Origin: Spirochaetia bacterium
GTDB lineage: Bacteria > Spirochaetota > Spirochaetia > SZUA-6 > Bin103
Direction: 5' to 3'
Length of the DNA: 64,000 nucleotides
Assembly: GCA_965203515.1 (NCBI GenBank)
Contig: OZ241907.1
Span: forward strand, 64,001 to 128,000
Program-made: the position numbers and the translations under genes
Part shown: positions 19,142-30,600 of the stretch, one piece after another
Position numbering within the stretch: position 1 is the stretch's first letter
Layout: each line of letters opens with the position of its first letter
The notes under the pieces: generated by a model
What the model was told of the DNA's origin: nothing
Seen by the model: only the letters and a program-made list of their open reading frames with translations
The model's database searches: none

Positions 19142-21064
19142 TCATTCCGCGATGTACCACTGTTCCGGCTTGTACGGGGCATAGAAGTTGGTGTCGGAGC
19201 CCCAGAAGATGTTCTGCGCGGGAACGTTCTTCATGCGGTTGTGGATGATCACCGGGTGCGGCGCCAGCCCGACGGTCGGGATGATCGGCAGCTCGTTGGC
19301 AAAGTATTCGAAGTATGCCTTGCCGCGTTCGACCGCTTCCGGCGTGCCGGTGGCGGCCTGCTTGAACGACTGCCAGCGCTCGTTGAGCGCCTTGATGTGG
19401 TCCGGGGGCTCCATGCCGATGTCGCCGCCGGTGACGAACCACAGGCACCACTGGCGGCCCCAGCTATTCGCGGTGCATCGCTCGAAGGCGAACTCGTCCG
19501 GCGTGCCGCGTCCCAGCAGCGTGGTGCGGCCCAGGTGCCATGCCGCGATCGCCGTCTGGTTGGTGTCCAGGCGTTCGCTGAGCAGGGCGCCGTCGATCAC
19601 CTTGCAGGCGCCGTCGATGCCGACCTGACGCCAGTCGTTGGAGATCAGCTCGCAGATCGCCTGCTTGGGACCTTCCAGGACGCCGATCTCGATCACGAGG
19701 TTGAGGCGCGCGCCGTCATCGGGGCGCACGCGAAAGCCGTCGCTGTCGCGCCCGGAGAGTCCGACCGAGTCGAGCAACCGGTTGGCGCGGTCCGGATCGT
19801 AGGCCAGATTGTCGTTGTACCAGCCCTGATCGAAGAACTCCATGGTGTTCAGCGGCGTCGCCGGATGCGGGTCGCCGAGTCCGAAGAACACGATCTCGTT
19901 CATCTGATCGCGGTTCAGGGCGACCGACAGGGCGACGCGGAAGTCGCGGTTGTTGAACAGGTCGTGCAGCACCGGTTCCTCGATGTTGTGGTTGAGGAAC
20001 AGCACCAGCTCCGCGGTGCGCAGCGACTGCGCGATGATCGTCCGGTAGTCGCCCTGCGCCTCGCCCGCCCGGTAGGTGGGCAGGCTGGGCGCGCCGGTGT
20101 AGTAGGCGGCGAAGTCGACCTCGCCCGCCTGGACCTTCAGATCGTAGAGGTCCTTGTCGCCGACGTGTCTGATCTCCAGCCGGTCGGCGTAGGGAAGCTG
20201 GTTGCCGGCCGTGTCGACGTGGTGGTAGTAGGGGTTGCGCACCAGCAGCACGCGATCGCTCTCCACCACCTCCGGCGTGTGCATGTCCATGTAGGGGCGG
20301 CCGATGATCACCGCCGACTGGGTATAGCCCTGGGTGCCGTGCGCCCGGAACATCGCCATCCAGTCCTCGTATCCCAGCTCGGCGGCCAGCGCGGCGGCGT
20401 CCTCGTTGAAGCCGGCGTGAAACCGTTTCAGGTAGTGCGCGGGCTGGAACAGGACGTTGTCGCCGGAGAAGTGGGTGCGCCCGAAGCGGTCCATGGCGAC
20501 CGGGTTGGGGGCGGCCCAGGTGATGCGCAGCGTCGATTCGTCCAGCGCCTCCCAGACGGCGGTCTCTCCGCCCAGCGTAAAGAACGGATCGATGCCGCGC
20601 GGGCTGAGCTCTTCGTTGAGGATGTCCTGCTCCCACTTGAACAGCATGTCGGCGGTCGTGAACGGTTCGCCGTCCGACCAGCGCAACCCGTCGCGCAGCT
20701 TCAGGGTGAGGGTGCGGTTGTCGTTCGACCAGGCATGGCTCGCGGCCAGATCCGGTTCGAACGCGCTGGCGGTCTGGTTGTAGCGGAACAGGCCGGTGTG
20801 GCGCACCCGCAGCCCGATCGACATGCGGTCGGATACGTCCATCATGCGCACCGTGCCGCCGTAGGCGCCGATCGAATCGAACGGTTCGACCACCAGCGGA
20901 TTGGACGGCAGCCGCTCTTCGACCGGCGGCAAATCGCCGGCATCGACCATGGCTTTCAGCATCGGCGCCTCTTGGTAGGTCTGTGCCACGGCGGTGACGC
21001 CGGTGAGCATCACCAGCGGCAACACCGCCGCGAGCACGCGCCGCGGGGTGGTAAACGTCATCAT
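19142..21064 (-). CDS. Family 5 ABC substrate-binding protein
   Basis: Signal peptide; EAPML..MV.AG.LPPVEERLP.NP, YGGT, LRDGLRWSDGEPFT, RNPYY. Confidence 0.9.
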   Translation of the reverse strand: MMTFTTPRRVLAAVLPLVMLTGVTAVAQTYQEAPMLKAMVDAGDLPPVEERLPSNPLVVEPFDSIGAYGGTVRMMDVSDRMSIGLRVRHTGLFRYNQTASAFEPDLAASHAWSNDNRTLTLKLRDGLRWSDGEPFTTADMLFKWEQDILNEELSPRGIDPFFTLGGETAVWEALDESTLRITWAAPNPVAMDRFGRTHFSGDNVLFQPAHYLKRFHAGFNEDAAALAAELGYEDWMAMFRAHGTQGYTQSAVIIGRPYMDMHTPEVVESDRVLLVRNPYYHHVDTAGNQLPYADRLEIRHVGDKDLYDLKVQAGEVDFAAYYTGAPSLPTYRAGEAQGDYRTIIAQSLRTAELVLFLNHNIEEPVLHDLFNNRDFRVALSVALNRDQMNEIVFFGLGDPHPATPLNTMEFFDQGWYNDNLAYDPDRANRLLDSVGLSGRDSDGFRVRPDDGARLNLVIEIGVLEGPKQAICELISNDWRQVGIDGACKVIDGALLSERLDTNQTAIAAWHLGRTTLLGRGTPDEFAFERCTANSWGRQWCLWFVTGGDIGMEPPDHIKALNERWQSFKQAATGTPEAVERGKAYFEYFANELPIIPTVGLAPHPVIIHNRMKNVPAQNIFWGSDTNFYAPYKPEQWYIAE

Positions 21065-21184
21065 GATGTGGCTACTCCTTGAAGTGGGCGGGCCTGCGAA
21101 GCCTGCCCGGTGGATTGCCGGCAGCGTACCCCGTCCGCCCGGTCCGGGCAACGGCGGAATCGGTGCTTGGATCGGTGATCGGGC

Positions 21185-22624
21185 TCAAGGCCCGGCGATC
21201 CGGCTTCGCTCCGCCTCGACGGACGCGAACCAGCGCTCCGCCGCGCCCCGCATGCGGTCGGCGCGGTCGGCATGCGCCGCCGCCAGGTCGCGCGCCTCGC
21301 AGGGGTCGTCCGCGATGTGGTACAGCTCCGGCTCGCCCGGCGCCGGCAGCCTCCGCGTCACCGGCGGATTGCGCACCGGCATCTCGAAGTGCCCGCGCGC
21401 CATCAGGTCGCGCACCGCCGCGTTGTCCGCCGGCAGCTTGACCATCGCTTCCGGGATGCGCGGCCAGTACAGCTTCCAGGGGCCGTCGCGCATCGCCAGG
21501 TTGCAGCAGGGCACCGGGTCGTAGCGGTTGAACTGCCAGAAGCGCGGCGCCGCGCCGGCGGCGCGCGTGCCGCGCAGCCGGGGCAACTGATCGCAGCCGT
21601 CGAGCGGCAGTCCGTCCGGCGTGACGCCCGCCGCGGCGGCCAGCGTCGGCAACCAGTCGCAGAAGTGGATCATCTCGTCGCAGGCGGCGCCGGCGGGCAG
21701 ACCGGCAGGCCAGCGGACGATCGCCGGCACGCGGATGCCGCCCTCCAGCACGTCCTGCTTCTGGCCGCGGAACGGACCGTTGAAGCGCTTCATGCTGAAC
21801 CGCCGCCCGCGGTGGCGCTCCAAGCCGAGCTGGGGGCCGTTGTCGCTGGTGAGCAGCACCACCGTGTCATCCGCGCAGCCGGCGGCCGCAAGGGCGTCGA
21901 GTATCTGCCCGATACCGTGATCCATGCGCGCCACCATGCCGTACAGGGTGGCCAGCGCGTCGTTCAGGTCGCCGCGCCGCCGGAACGGCGCGCAGCTCTC
22001 GTCGGGCGCCTGCAGGGGCGAGTGCGGGGCGTGGTAGGCGACCATCAGGAAGAACGGCTGCGCGGCGCCGGCGCCGGGCGGCGCGGTGTGGCGCCGCGCA
22101 TGGCGCCGGATGAAGTCGACCGCCTCGCCGGTGAAGACGTCGGTCTGGTAGCGGCCGTCGGCGCGGCGGGGACTGCCGTTGTAGTCCAGGAACCAGTGCC
22201 AGTAGTCCATGATGCCGCCCAGGAAGCCGGCGAACTCCGCGAAGCCGCGGCGGTTGGGGTGAAAGCGCGGGTCGTGCAGGCCGCTGTGCCACTTGCCGAC
22301 GTAACCGGTGCGGTAGCCGGCGGCGCCGAACGCGTCGCCGATGGTCCGTTCGCGCAGGGCGATGCGGTCCAGGCCGCGGTTCGATTCGACGCTCAGCGCG
22401 CCGCACCGGTGATGGTAGCGTCCGGTCAGCAGCGCGGCCCGCGCCGGGGCGCAGATCGGCGCGCCGCTGTAGTGCTGGGAGCAGCGCACGCCCTCGGCGG
22501 CAAGGCGATCGATGTTGGGCGTGGGCAGGATGGCGTTGCCGTAGCAGCCAAGGTCGCCGTAACCCAGGTCGTCGGCCAGGATGAGGACGACGTTGGGCCG
22601 CGCGCGCGTCGGTGCGGCAGCCAT
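21185..22624 (-). CDS. Arylsulfatase-type sulfatase (Cys-type)
   Basis: PNVVLILADDLGYGD, formylglycine motif CAPARAALLTG, GKWH, TSDNG. Confidence 0.93.
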   Translation of the reverse strand: MAAAPTRARPNVVLILADDLGYGDLGCYGNAILPTPNIDRLAAEGVRCSQHYSGAPICAPARAALLTGRYHHRCGALSVESNRGLDRIALRERTIGDAFGAAGYRTGYVGKWHSGLHDPRFHPNRRGFAEFAGFLGGIMDYWHWFLDYNGSPRRADGRYQTDVFTGEAVDFIRRHARRHTAPPGAGAAQPFFLMVAYHAPHSPLQAPDESCAPFRRRGDLNDALATLYGMVARMDHGIGQILDALAAAGCADDTVVLLTSDNGPQLGLERHRGRRFSMKRFNGPFRGQKQDVLEGGIRVPAIVRWPAGLPAGAACDEMIHFCDWLPTLAAAAGVTPDGLPLDGCDQLPRLRGTRAAGAAPRFWQFNRYDPVPCCNLAMRDGPWKLYWPRIPEAMVKLPADNAAVRDLMARGHFEMPVRNPPVTRRLPAPGEPELYHIADDPCEARDLAAAHADRADRMRGAAERWFASVEAERSRIAGP

Positions 22625-22659
22625 CGGCGGGCCGTCGGCCGGTCGGGCGCGACGCCGGG

Positions 22660-23496
22660 CTAGGAGCCGGCCGCCTGCTTGAGGTGCCGCTCCTGCCCCT
22701 GGCCGGTCACCTTATAGGTGAGGCGCGGCTGCTCGCCGCGCCGCTTCGTACCCGCGACCACCAGATTCGGGTAGGGATCGGTCGGCTTCACGAAGATCGG
22801 CCGCATGGCCGCGTCGTGGTAGCCGATCCGCACCGAGCGGCGCCAGCCGGCGGTGCGGTTCATGTCGGACCAGTGGATCGTCAGGTAGCTGAAGAACACC
22901 ACGTCGCCCGCCTTGGCGGGCACCGGCACCGATGCCACCTTGTCGGGGTGGTACTTCTCCGGCGGCAGGTAGGGCCGGGTGTGATCACCGGTGACGTGCT
23001 CCAGCGGGCCGTCCTTATGGCTGCCGGGAACCACCTGCAGGCAGCCGCTGGCCTCCGGCGCGTCGTCCAGATGGAGCAGGCAATCGACGAAGTCCGGCCC
23101 GTCGTGGGGATAGAACGGGTAGTCCTGATGCATCGGAAACGGGGTGCCGCGCTCGGGCGGCTTGGCGTGCAGGATGGTGCCGTGCCACTGCACCGCGGGA
23201 CCGACCAGGGCGCGCACGCACTCGGTGAGCCGCTGGTGAAAGATGATCCGCCCCCAGGCCGCCGAATAGAACTGCGGGTTGGCGATGAACACGGCGCGCG
23301 TGTTCTCCTGCTCGCCGGCCGGCAGGTAGTGATCGCGCCACGGCCCCTTCCAGCCGATGCTGTCCTCTCCCCACCACTCGTCGACGATGAAGTCCATCTC
23401 CCGCTCCAGTTCGGCAAGCTCCGCGTCCGTGAAGATGCCGGAGACGCGGAGATAGCCGTCGTTGCGGTATGCTTCGACCTGTTCTGCCGTCAACAT
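22660..23496 (-). CDS. Phytanoyl-CoA dioxygenase (PhyH) family Fe(II)/2OG oxygenase
   Basis: MLTAEQVEAYRNDGY, HQD, GCLQVVPGSH, GDVVFF..LTIHWS. Confidence 0.9.
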   Translation of the reverse strand: MLTAEQVEAYRNDGYLRVSGIFTDAELAELEREMDFIVDEWWGEDSIGWKGPWRDHYLPAGEQENTRAVFIANPQFYSAAWGRIIFHQRLTECVRALVGPAVQWHGTILHAKPPERGTPFPMHQDYPFYPHDGPDFVDCLLHLDDAPEASGCLQVVPGSHKDGPLEHVTGDHTRPYLPPEKYHPDKVASVPVPAKAGDVVFFSYLTIHWSDMNRTAGWRRSVRIGYHDAAMRPIFVKPTDPYPNLVVAGTKRRGEQPRLTYKVTGQGQERHLKQAAGS

Positions 23497-23577
23497 GGAA
23501 GATGAAGCGTAATCCAACCCCGCGTCCCGTGTCGAGTTGCGTGCGTCGGCGCGCGGTTCCCGTGGAGCGGCTTCGGC

Positions 23578-24552
23578 ATGGGTGACCACGAGAGGGCTGG
23601 AACCATCGGCGTGGAGCCGTTCGATACCGGGTACGGCAGCGGCTTTCAGGTGCAGATCGACTCGCCGGAGGCGATAGCGTGCGAGCTTGTGGAGGACGGG
23701 GGCGCGTTTCGCGCCCATCGACCGCCGGCCGCGCAACGGCCGCGGCGGCTGGCCTTCGTCGACGGCACGATGCGGGTGGAGGCGCGCCTGACCCGTACCG
23801 ACGATCAGGGCACGGTAACTGGGTTGGCGGGGAGCTGGGGAGTGGGCGCCGTGCTGGCGGACGCCGGACGGCCGTTGCGGTTCGATCCGGTCTCGGTCGG
23901 TCGTGCGGTGATCTTCACTTCCGGTGCGCGGGTCGAGCTGCCGTCGCAGCCCGGCGGATGGCGCTGGGACGCCGACTCGATCGCCGGCACCGAGCTGGAG
24001 GCCGCCGGTGAACGGCTGCGGCGCAAGATGCGCGACACCGAGGCCGATGTGGCCGAGTCGCTGTCGGGTCAGGGATGGCTGACCGTAATCGACGGGCCGC
24101 TGCACCATATCCGCCGCACGCGTGCACTGCCGGTCATCGGCTACGTCAAGACCCACCACCGCCCGATGCTGTCCCTGGAGGCGTGGAATCAGGTTCCCGG
24201 GCTGCCTGCCGGCGAGCGGTCCGGTCTGTTCGCCATGCGCGACGACCGGTACGGCTGCTACCTGCGCGTCGGCCTGCCCGGGCTGTGGGCCGGACCGTGG
24301 GCCGGAATCGTCCGTCTGGAGGTACCGGCCGGCGTCGGCCTGGAGCTGGCCGTGAAGACCGCGGATGCGGCGGCGGGCTGGCTCCCGGCGTTCGCCTCAG
24401 CCCCGCACCGGGACGAACGGGCGCCGGTCAACATGGGACCCGTCGTCGGTCTGGAGCGTCATCTGCACCGTCTGCAAGGTGACCGGCGCTTGGCGCTGCG
24501 GGCGGTGCGGGCGGCGGTGATGGCGCTCAACCGCGAGTCGCACGTAGCGTGA
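23578..24552 (+). CDS. nurA: NurA-like 5'-3' nuclease
   Basis: LAFVDG and VIDGPL acidic motifs, GYVKTH, C-terminal RAPVN...LERHL; directly upstream of a HerA-type gene. Confidence 0.75.
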   Translation: MGDHERAGTIGVEPFDTGYGSGFQVQIDSPEAIACELVEDGGAFRAHRPPAAQRPRRLAFVDGTMRVEARLTRTDDQGTVTGLAGSWGVGAVLADAGRPLRFDPVSVGRAVIFTSGARVELPSQPGGWRWDADSIAGTELEAAGERLRRKMRDTEADVAESLSGQGWLTVIDGPLHHIRRTRALPVIGYVKTHHRPMLSLEAWNQVPGLPAGERSGLFAMRDDRYGCYLRVGLPGLWAGPWAGIVRLEVPAGVGLELAVKTADAAAGWLPAFASAPHRDERAPVNMGPVVGLERHLHRLQGDRRLALRAVRAAVMALNRESHVA

Positions 24553-26405
24553 CCGCAGGGCTGCAAGGAACAGGGGGAGAGGTGAGCGACGACCTGACGC
24601 GCATCGGGCTGGTCGACGGATCGGTAGACAGCAACTCCCGGACCTTCCACGTGGTGCTGGACGCCGATACGGTCATCCAGCTCGACGAGCTGGTCACCGT
24701 GACCACCGAGCTGCCCGACGAGCGCGAGGTGATCCACTACGGAATCGTCACCGAGCTGCTGTCCCGCTTCGAGGGGGCGGAACTGCCCTCCGACACCGGC
24801 CGCGTGATCGACCGGACCCTGCCGGCCGAGCTGGTGCGGCGTGCCGAGGTGCGCGTGCTGCGCGTGGTGCCGGAGCTGTTCCTGGCCCCTCACGCCGGGG
24901 CGGCGGTGACCCGCGCCGCCGGCGCCCACCGCGCCGCCGCCCTGTTCGAGGACGAGATGACGCGCGGCAAGCTGCCGCTGGGTCTCGACCTGAGCGGAGC
25001 GCCGGTATACGCCGACATGCGCTTCGTGGACGGGCGCGCGGGCGGCCATGTCTCCATCTCCGGCATCTCCGGCGTTGCCACCAAGACCTCCTACGCCCTG
25101 TTCCTGCTCTATCAACTGTTGGAGACCGATGCCGGCATGGCGCTGCTCGGCGGCCGTGCGAGCCGGGAAGGCGTGCGCGCGCTGGTGTTCAACACCAAGG
25201 GCGAGGATCTGCTCCATCTGGACCGCGCCAACAGCCAGTTCGCCGGCCGGCCCGAGGGTGCGGGGCGCTGGAAGGCGCTTGGGGTGCCGGCCCCGGGGCC
25301 GTTCCGTTCGGTGCGCATCTACGCGCCGCGCGGGTCAGATGCCGCGGACAACCTCACGCCGGAAGTGCAGACACGGCCGACCGGCGACGTGCACGCCTAC
25401 GGCTGGACGCCGGAACGGTTCGTGCGCGAACAGTTGCTGCAGTTCTGCTTCACGTCCGAAGACGAACGCGCGACCCAGGTCGGCTTCGTCGAGCAGCAGG
25501 TACGGATACAGCTCCTCCGCCGGCTGCGGCGTCTGGAAGGGGATGGCGCCGGCGCGGTGGTGATCGCCGATACGGTGTCCGGCAACACCGGTTACAATCC
25601 GGACCGGTTGGCGGAACGGGAGCCGGACGCGGCGCCGGCCGGCGCCGGTCACGTGATCCGCGAGCTCGGCGACTTGATCGACTTGTTGGAGGAGATCGCC
25701 GCGGAAGATTCCGAGAGCCGCCTGAACGAGTGGTTCGGCCGTACGCAGCCGGGTACGCGGCAGGCGTTCCTGCGGCGGTTGCTGCGCCTGCGCCGTCATC
25801 TGGGGCCGCTGGTCGGCTGCGGACTGGAGCCGTTGTCGCTGGAGAACGCCCGGCTCCACGTGGTGGACATCTCTCGGCTGCACGACGACGCGCAACGCTT
25901 CGTGGTGGGTGCATTGCTGGACGGTATCTGGCGCGAGAAGCAGGGCACCGGCCGCGAGCCGCTACGTTTCGTGGTGCTGGACGAGCTCAACAAGTATGCG
26001 CCTGCGCAGGGGTTCTCACCTCTGAAGGAGCTGCTGGTGGACATCGCCGAGCGCGGCCGCTCGCTGGGCGTGCTGCTGATCGGGGCGCAACAGGCGGCAT
26101 CGGCGGTGGCGCAGGCGCTGCCGCGCAACGCGTCGCTGAAGGTGGCCGGCCGGCTGGATGCCAGCGAGTCCGAGACATACCGGTTTCTCACCCCGGCGCT
26201 GCGCGAACGCGCCACCCGCTTCATGCCGGGTACCATGGTGGCGGCGCAGCCGATCGTGCCGGAGCCGATCCCGATTCGCTTTCCGTTCCCGCCGTTCGCC
26301 ACCAACTACGATGAAGCGGCGGTGGACGGCGCCGCGCGGCAGGCGCGGGTCGAGCAGGTCAGCCGCAACTTGGCAGCGCTGGCCGGGCCCCGCTTCGACC
26401 TGTGA
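24549..26405 (+). CDS. herA: HerA-like (FtsK/HerA) ATPase
   Basis: N-terminal HAS-barrel-like region, variant Walker A HVSISGISGVATKTS, FNTKGEDL, Walker B VVLDELNKY, ERGRSLGV.LIGAQQ. Confidence 0.85.
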   Translation: MTAGLQGTGGEVSDDLTRIGLVDGSVDSNSRTFHVVLDADTVIQLDELVTVTTELPDEREVIHYGIVTELLSRFEGAELPSDTGRVIDRTLPAELVRRAEVRVLRVVPELFLAPHAGAAVTRAAGAHRAAALFEDEMTRGKLPLGLDLSGAPVYADMRFVDGRAGGHVSISGISGVATKTSYALFLLYQLLETDAGMALLGGRASREGVRALVFNTKGEDLLHLDRANSQFAGRPEGAGRWKALGVPAPGPFRSVRIYAPRGSDAADNLTPEVQTRPTGDVHAYGWTPERFVREQLLQFCFTSEDERATQVGFVEQQVRIQLLRRLRRLEGDGAGAVVIADTVSGNTGYNPDRLAEREPDAAPAGAGHVIRELGDLIDLLEEIAAEDSESRLNEWFGRTQPGTRQAFLRRLLRLRRHLGPLVGCGLEPLSLENARLHVVDISRLHDDAQRFVVGALLDGIWREKQGTGREPLRFVVLDELNKYAPAQGFSPLKELLVDIAERGRSLGVLLIGAQQAASAVAQALPRNASLKVAGRLDASESETYRFLTPALRERATRFMPGTMVAAQPIVPEPIPIRFPFPPFATNYDEAAVDGAARQARVEQVSRNLAALAGPRFDL

Positions 26406-26442
26406 GCGGCCGACCACTCGTGGTCGGGTATAACTTCCGGGC

Positions 26443-27693
26443 GTGAAGCTGCTGCACACCGCCGACTGGCACCTGGGCGCGCGCCTCGGGCGTCACGACC
26501 GGCTGCCGGATCAGGTGGAGGCGGTGCGCGCCGTGCTGGAAGTGGCGCGTGCGGAGGCGCCCGATCTGATCCTTCACGCCGGCGACCTGTTCGACGCCGC
26601 GCGCCCGGCGTACGAGGCGTTGGAGGCCGGCGTCCGAGCGCTCGGGCGCCTTGCCGAGATCGCGCCGACGGTCGTGTTGTGCGGCAACCACGACTCGCCG
26701 GCCCTGTTTCGGGTGATCGACCGCCTGGCCGCCGCCGTCCGCCCGCGCCGCCTGTGGATGGTGAGCGAGCCGCGCGTGCTGCCCTTCGACGGATTGGCGT
26801 CGGAGCCGGTTGCAGTGGCGTGCGTTCCGTTCCTCTCACCGGCCGGCGCCGTGGGCGTCGCCGTCGCTGACCGGGGGCGTGCGAGCGGCGCTTACGCCGA
26901 TGTGATCCGCGATCTCAATGGCGACCTCCTGGACGAGGCGCAGCGGACCGCCGGCGCGCGCGGTATCGTGCTCTACGCCGCCCATCTGCACGTGCACGGC
27001 GCCCGGCCGGGCCGCTCCGAACGGCGCCTTACCGTGGGCGAGGATTACGCCACCCACCCGGCCGGCCTGGAACGGGCGCTCTACTGCGCGTTCGGGCACA
27101 TCCACGACCCGCAGTCGCTGACGGGCGGGGTGGCGCGAGGCCGCTACGCGGGCTCCCTGGTGCCGCTGGACTACGGCGAACGCGAGCAGCGCAAGCAGGT
27201 GGTGCTGGTCTCCATCGACCACGAGGTTCGCGTGGAGCCGCGTGCGATCGCTGCCGGCCGGCCTCTGGTAGAGATCGACGGAACGCTCGAGGAGTTGGAG
27301 CGGCGCGCCGCGGGCGGCGGCCTCGACGGCCACATCCTCAAAGCGCGCATCCGCTCGCAGGACCCGATTCACGATTTGGCCGATCGGTTGCTGGAGCACT
27401 CGCCCCGTTGCGTGGTGTTCGACCTGCACAACGCGCCGGCCAACCGGACGGTGCAGGCCGTAGATGCTGCCGCCGAGCCGGGCGAGGAACCGTCCCTCGT
27501 CGATCAGTTCCGGGAGTGGCGGGCGAACGCGGCGCGCGGCGTCAGCGCCTCGCACGAGCTGGTCACCGAGCTGTTCAGTGCGGCGCTGGCCGGCGCCGGC
27601 GAACAGACTGCCCCGGACCTTGGCGTAGCGGCTCTGAAAGGGCGCGCCCAGCAGGTGCTGGCCGCGCTCGACGCAGCGGCGTCGGAGGGCTGA
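26443..27693 (+). CDS. sbcD: SbcD/Mre11 nuclease
   Basis: LHTADWHLG, AGDLFD, GNHD, FGHIH, YAGS. Confidence 0.92.
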   Translation: MKLLHTADWHLGARLGRHDRLPDQVEAVRAVLEVARAEAPDLILHAGDLFDAARPAYEALEAGVRALGRLAEIAPTVVLCGNHDSPALFRVIDRLAAAVRPRRLWMVSEPRVLPFDGLASEPVAVACVPFLSPAGAVGVAVADRGRASGAYADVIRDLNGDLLDEAQRTAGARGIVLYAAHLHVHGARPGRSERRLTVGEDYATHPAGLERALYCAFGHIHDPQSLTGGVARGRYAGSLVPLDYGEREQRKQVVLVSIDHEVRVEPRAIAAGRPLVEIDGTLEELERRAAGGGLDGHILKARIRSQDPIHDLADRLLEHSPRCVVFDLHNAPANRTVQAVDAAAEPGEEPSLVDQFREWRANAARGVSASHELVTELFSAALAGAGEQTAPDLGVAALKGRAQQVLAALDAAASEG

Positions 27694-27695
27694 AC

Positions 27696-30600
27696 GTGCG
27701 CCCGCTGGAGTTGACGATCGAAGGGCTGCGCTCGTTCCGCGAGCCGGTGACCCTGGACCTGCGCGGACGGGACCGGATCGCGATCGTGGGCGACACAGGG
27801 GCAGGGAAGTCCTCGATCATCGAGGCGATCACCTATGCGCTGTACGGACAGCCGACCTTCACCGGATTGAACCGGGAGCTGATGAATGACGCAGCCACCT
27901 CGCTACGGGTGGTGCTCCGTTTCCGGGCGACCGGGGAGGAGTGGGAGGTGGTGCGCGCCTTGCGCCGCCGCGGCAATGGCACGGTCGGCCCGCAGACCGC
28001 GCAACTACGGCGCTTCGCGGCGAACGGCGACATGCTGGAGCTGGTGGAGCAGGCGCGCAAGGTCAACGAGCGCATCGAATCCGCGGTCGGTCTCAACCAC
28101 GACGCCTTCCTGCGCACCACGGTCCTGCCGCAGGGCCGCTTTGCTCAGCTTCTGGTAGAGGACGATCCAAGGGTGCGCAGCACGATCCTCCGGCAGGTGT
28201 GGCGTACCGACGAGCTGGAGGCCGCCGGGCAGGTCGCCGCCGCGGCGGGTCGGGAGATCGCCGACCTGCGGGCTCGGATCGAACAGGCCGCGTCGCGCTA
28301 TCCGCAGGATCCGACGGCGCATCTTGCATGGCTCCGGGAACAGGCGGAGCAAGCTCGACGGGCGGCGGACGCAGCCGCCGCGACCGAGCTGGAGGCCGCC
28401 GATGCCCATGCGGCGCTGCGGGCAGCCGAGGCGGAGCGCGTCCGCGTGGGCGCCGCCTCGGAACGGCTCGCGACGTTCGATGCGGCTGGGACGGCAGCCG
28501 AGTTGGCACCGGTCGCGGCAGCGGCCGACGAGATCGACGGTCTGGAGTCGGCCCTGCAGAAACGTCGGAACCAAGCCGCGGGAGAACTGGCGGCCATACC
28601 ATCCGATGACGACGGCCCCTCGGTGGCGCAGGTCGCCGCGGCCCTGACCACGCTGGATGGCATCCCGAGACTGGCCGCGGACGGGGCCGCTGCTGCCGCG
28701 GAGCTGCGGGAGCGAAGCAGCGCGGCCGAAGACAGCCGCGCTGCGGCCGAGCGGGCGGCCGCCGGGGAGCGCCGAGCGGCCGTAGCGGCGACCGACCACG
28801 AAGAGCTGATGCCGCCGCTGGAACAGGCGCTGCAGACGGCAGAGCAACGGCGCGACCGGCTGGCCGCGCTGCATGGCGCCGCCCTGGAGGGTGCGGGCGC
28901 CGCCGACGCCGTTCGCGAGGAACTGGCGCGGCGCGAACGGGGGCGGCAGGAGGTGGAGGGCCGTTTGCAGGAAGCCGCTGACGACGCCGCGCGGCGCGCG
29001 CAGGCCGCGGTCCGCGCTCAAGAGCATCTCGCGGTGACGCGGCGCTCGGAGTCGGCGGCCATGATTGCCGGTGGGCTGCATCCGGGCGACGAATGCCCGA
29101 TCTGCCGGCGTACGCTGGCGCCGGCCTGGGAGGCGCCAGCCGGGGGCGGCCTGCGCACTGTGGAACGGGAGGCGGAGGCGGCTGGCACCGCCGCGGCGGA
29201 GGCGCGTGACGTTCAGGTCGCGCTGGCCACCAGCCGCGACGCCGCCGTGGAGGCCGTCAAGGAGACAGGGGAGCGCTTGCGAGTGGCTTCCGAAGTTGCC
29301 GCCAAGGCGCGGCGGGCGTTGGCGGCAGCCGCGGCGCAGGCTGGCGAGTCGGCGCCGGCAGTCGCTATCCGGGCGGCTGCCGGCGACCCGGCAGACCCGC
29401 TCCCGGTAGCTGAGTCGCTGCTGGCGCCGCTGCAGGCGGCGGTCACGGCCGCCGAGCGAGCCGCCGCCGCGCACGCGGAACGGCGCGGCGAGCTGGCGCA
29501 AGAGGCGGCCGAGCAGGAGAGGGTGGCCGGCATCGCGGCGGAAGCGGCGGTCAGCGCCGAGCGGCTACGCGCCGCCGCCGACCGGACCGCCGCCGCCGCG
29601 CTGGTACGGCTGCGGGACGCGGTTGCTGCGGTGCCGGAACCCTACCGACCGCCCCTGTATCTGCCGGCCGCCGCGGGCGAGTTCCGGGAAGCGGATATGG
29701 GACTCGTGCGCGATGGGGCCGCGGCGGCCCGGCAGCGCGAACGGGTGGTCGCGGAGCGCGCGCAGCGACGCGACCGCTTGGCGGCCATGATGCGGGAGCT
29801 GGCCGCTGAGCAGGAAGCGCTGGAGCATCGACGCTCGGCGGAGGTCGTCGAGACGCTCGCCGCCGTCGTTCGCAGGCTCAACGAGCACCGCGATCTGCTG
29901 GCGCGCAGCGCGCTCGAGCTGAACCTGGAGCCGGACCTGCCGAAGGTACTCACCGCCGAGCGCCCGGCGGAGGTCGCGGCGCGGATCGACCATCTGGGAG
30001 GCGCGACGGCATATCTGTTACAGGTCGCGGGCATCCGGGACACGCGAGCGGCGGCTGCGCAAGACGGCGCCCGCGCCAAGCTGCAGGCGATTGGCCGGTC
30101 CGCCGAGCTCGAGGTCGAGGATCTCGACGCGGTCGTGGCGGGCGCTCGCGCCGCTGCCGAGAGCGCCCGCTATACCGCCCGCATGGCGCAGGAGAGCGCC
30201 GGGGCGTTCGCCTCAGTGGTCGACCGTGTGGCCGAGCTGCGGCAACTGCTCGCCGACGTAGAGGAGCGGTCACGGGCGCTGTCCGATCTGGAGGCGGCGC
30301 TCAAGGCCGGGGCGTTCCTGAAGTGGCTGACCCTGCGCCGCTCGCGTAGTCTGCTGGTGCACGCCTCGCGGATGTTGGAGCAGGTCAGCGACGGCCGTTA
30401 TGCGTTCGTGGAGCCGGCGGATGAGTTCGACCGCTGGCAGGTACTGGACCGAGAGTCCGGGCAGCCGCGTTCACCGGCCAGCCTGTCGGGCGGCGAGCAG
30501 TTCATCGCCTCACTGGCACTGGCGCTGGGCATGGTTGAGATGATGGCGCGTAGCGGCGGCAGTCTGGAGTCGCTGTTTCTGGACGAGGGGTTCGGGACCC

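Noticed and set aside
18053..21082. 1009-aa plus-strand ORF and many other long ORFs (e.g. 10729..12972, 8516..10882, 37215..39119, 49896..51956)
   Set aside because: Antisense or alternate-frame shadows of well-supported genes; stop codons are rare at this GC content and the translations carry no recognisable motifs.
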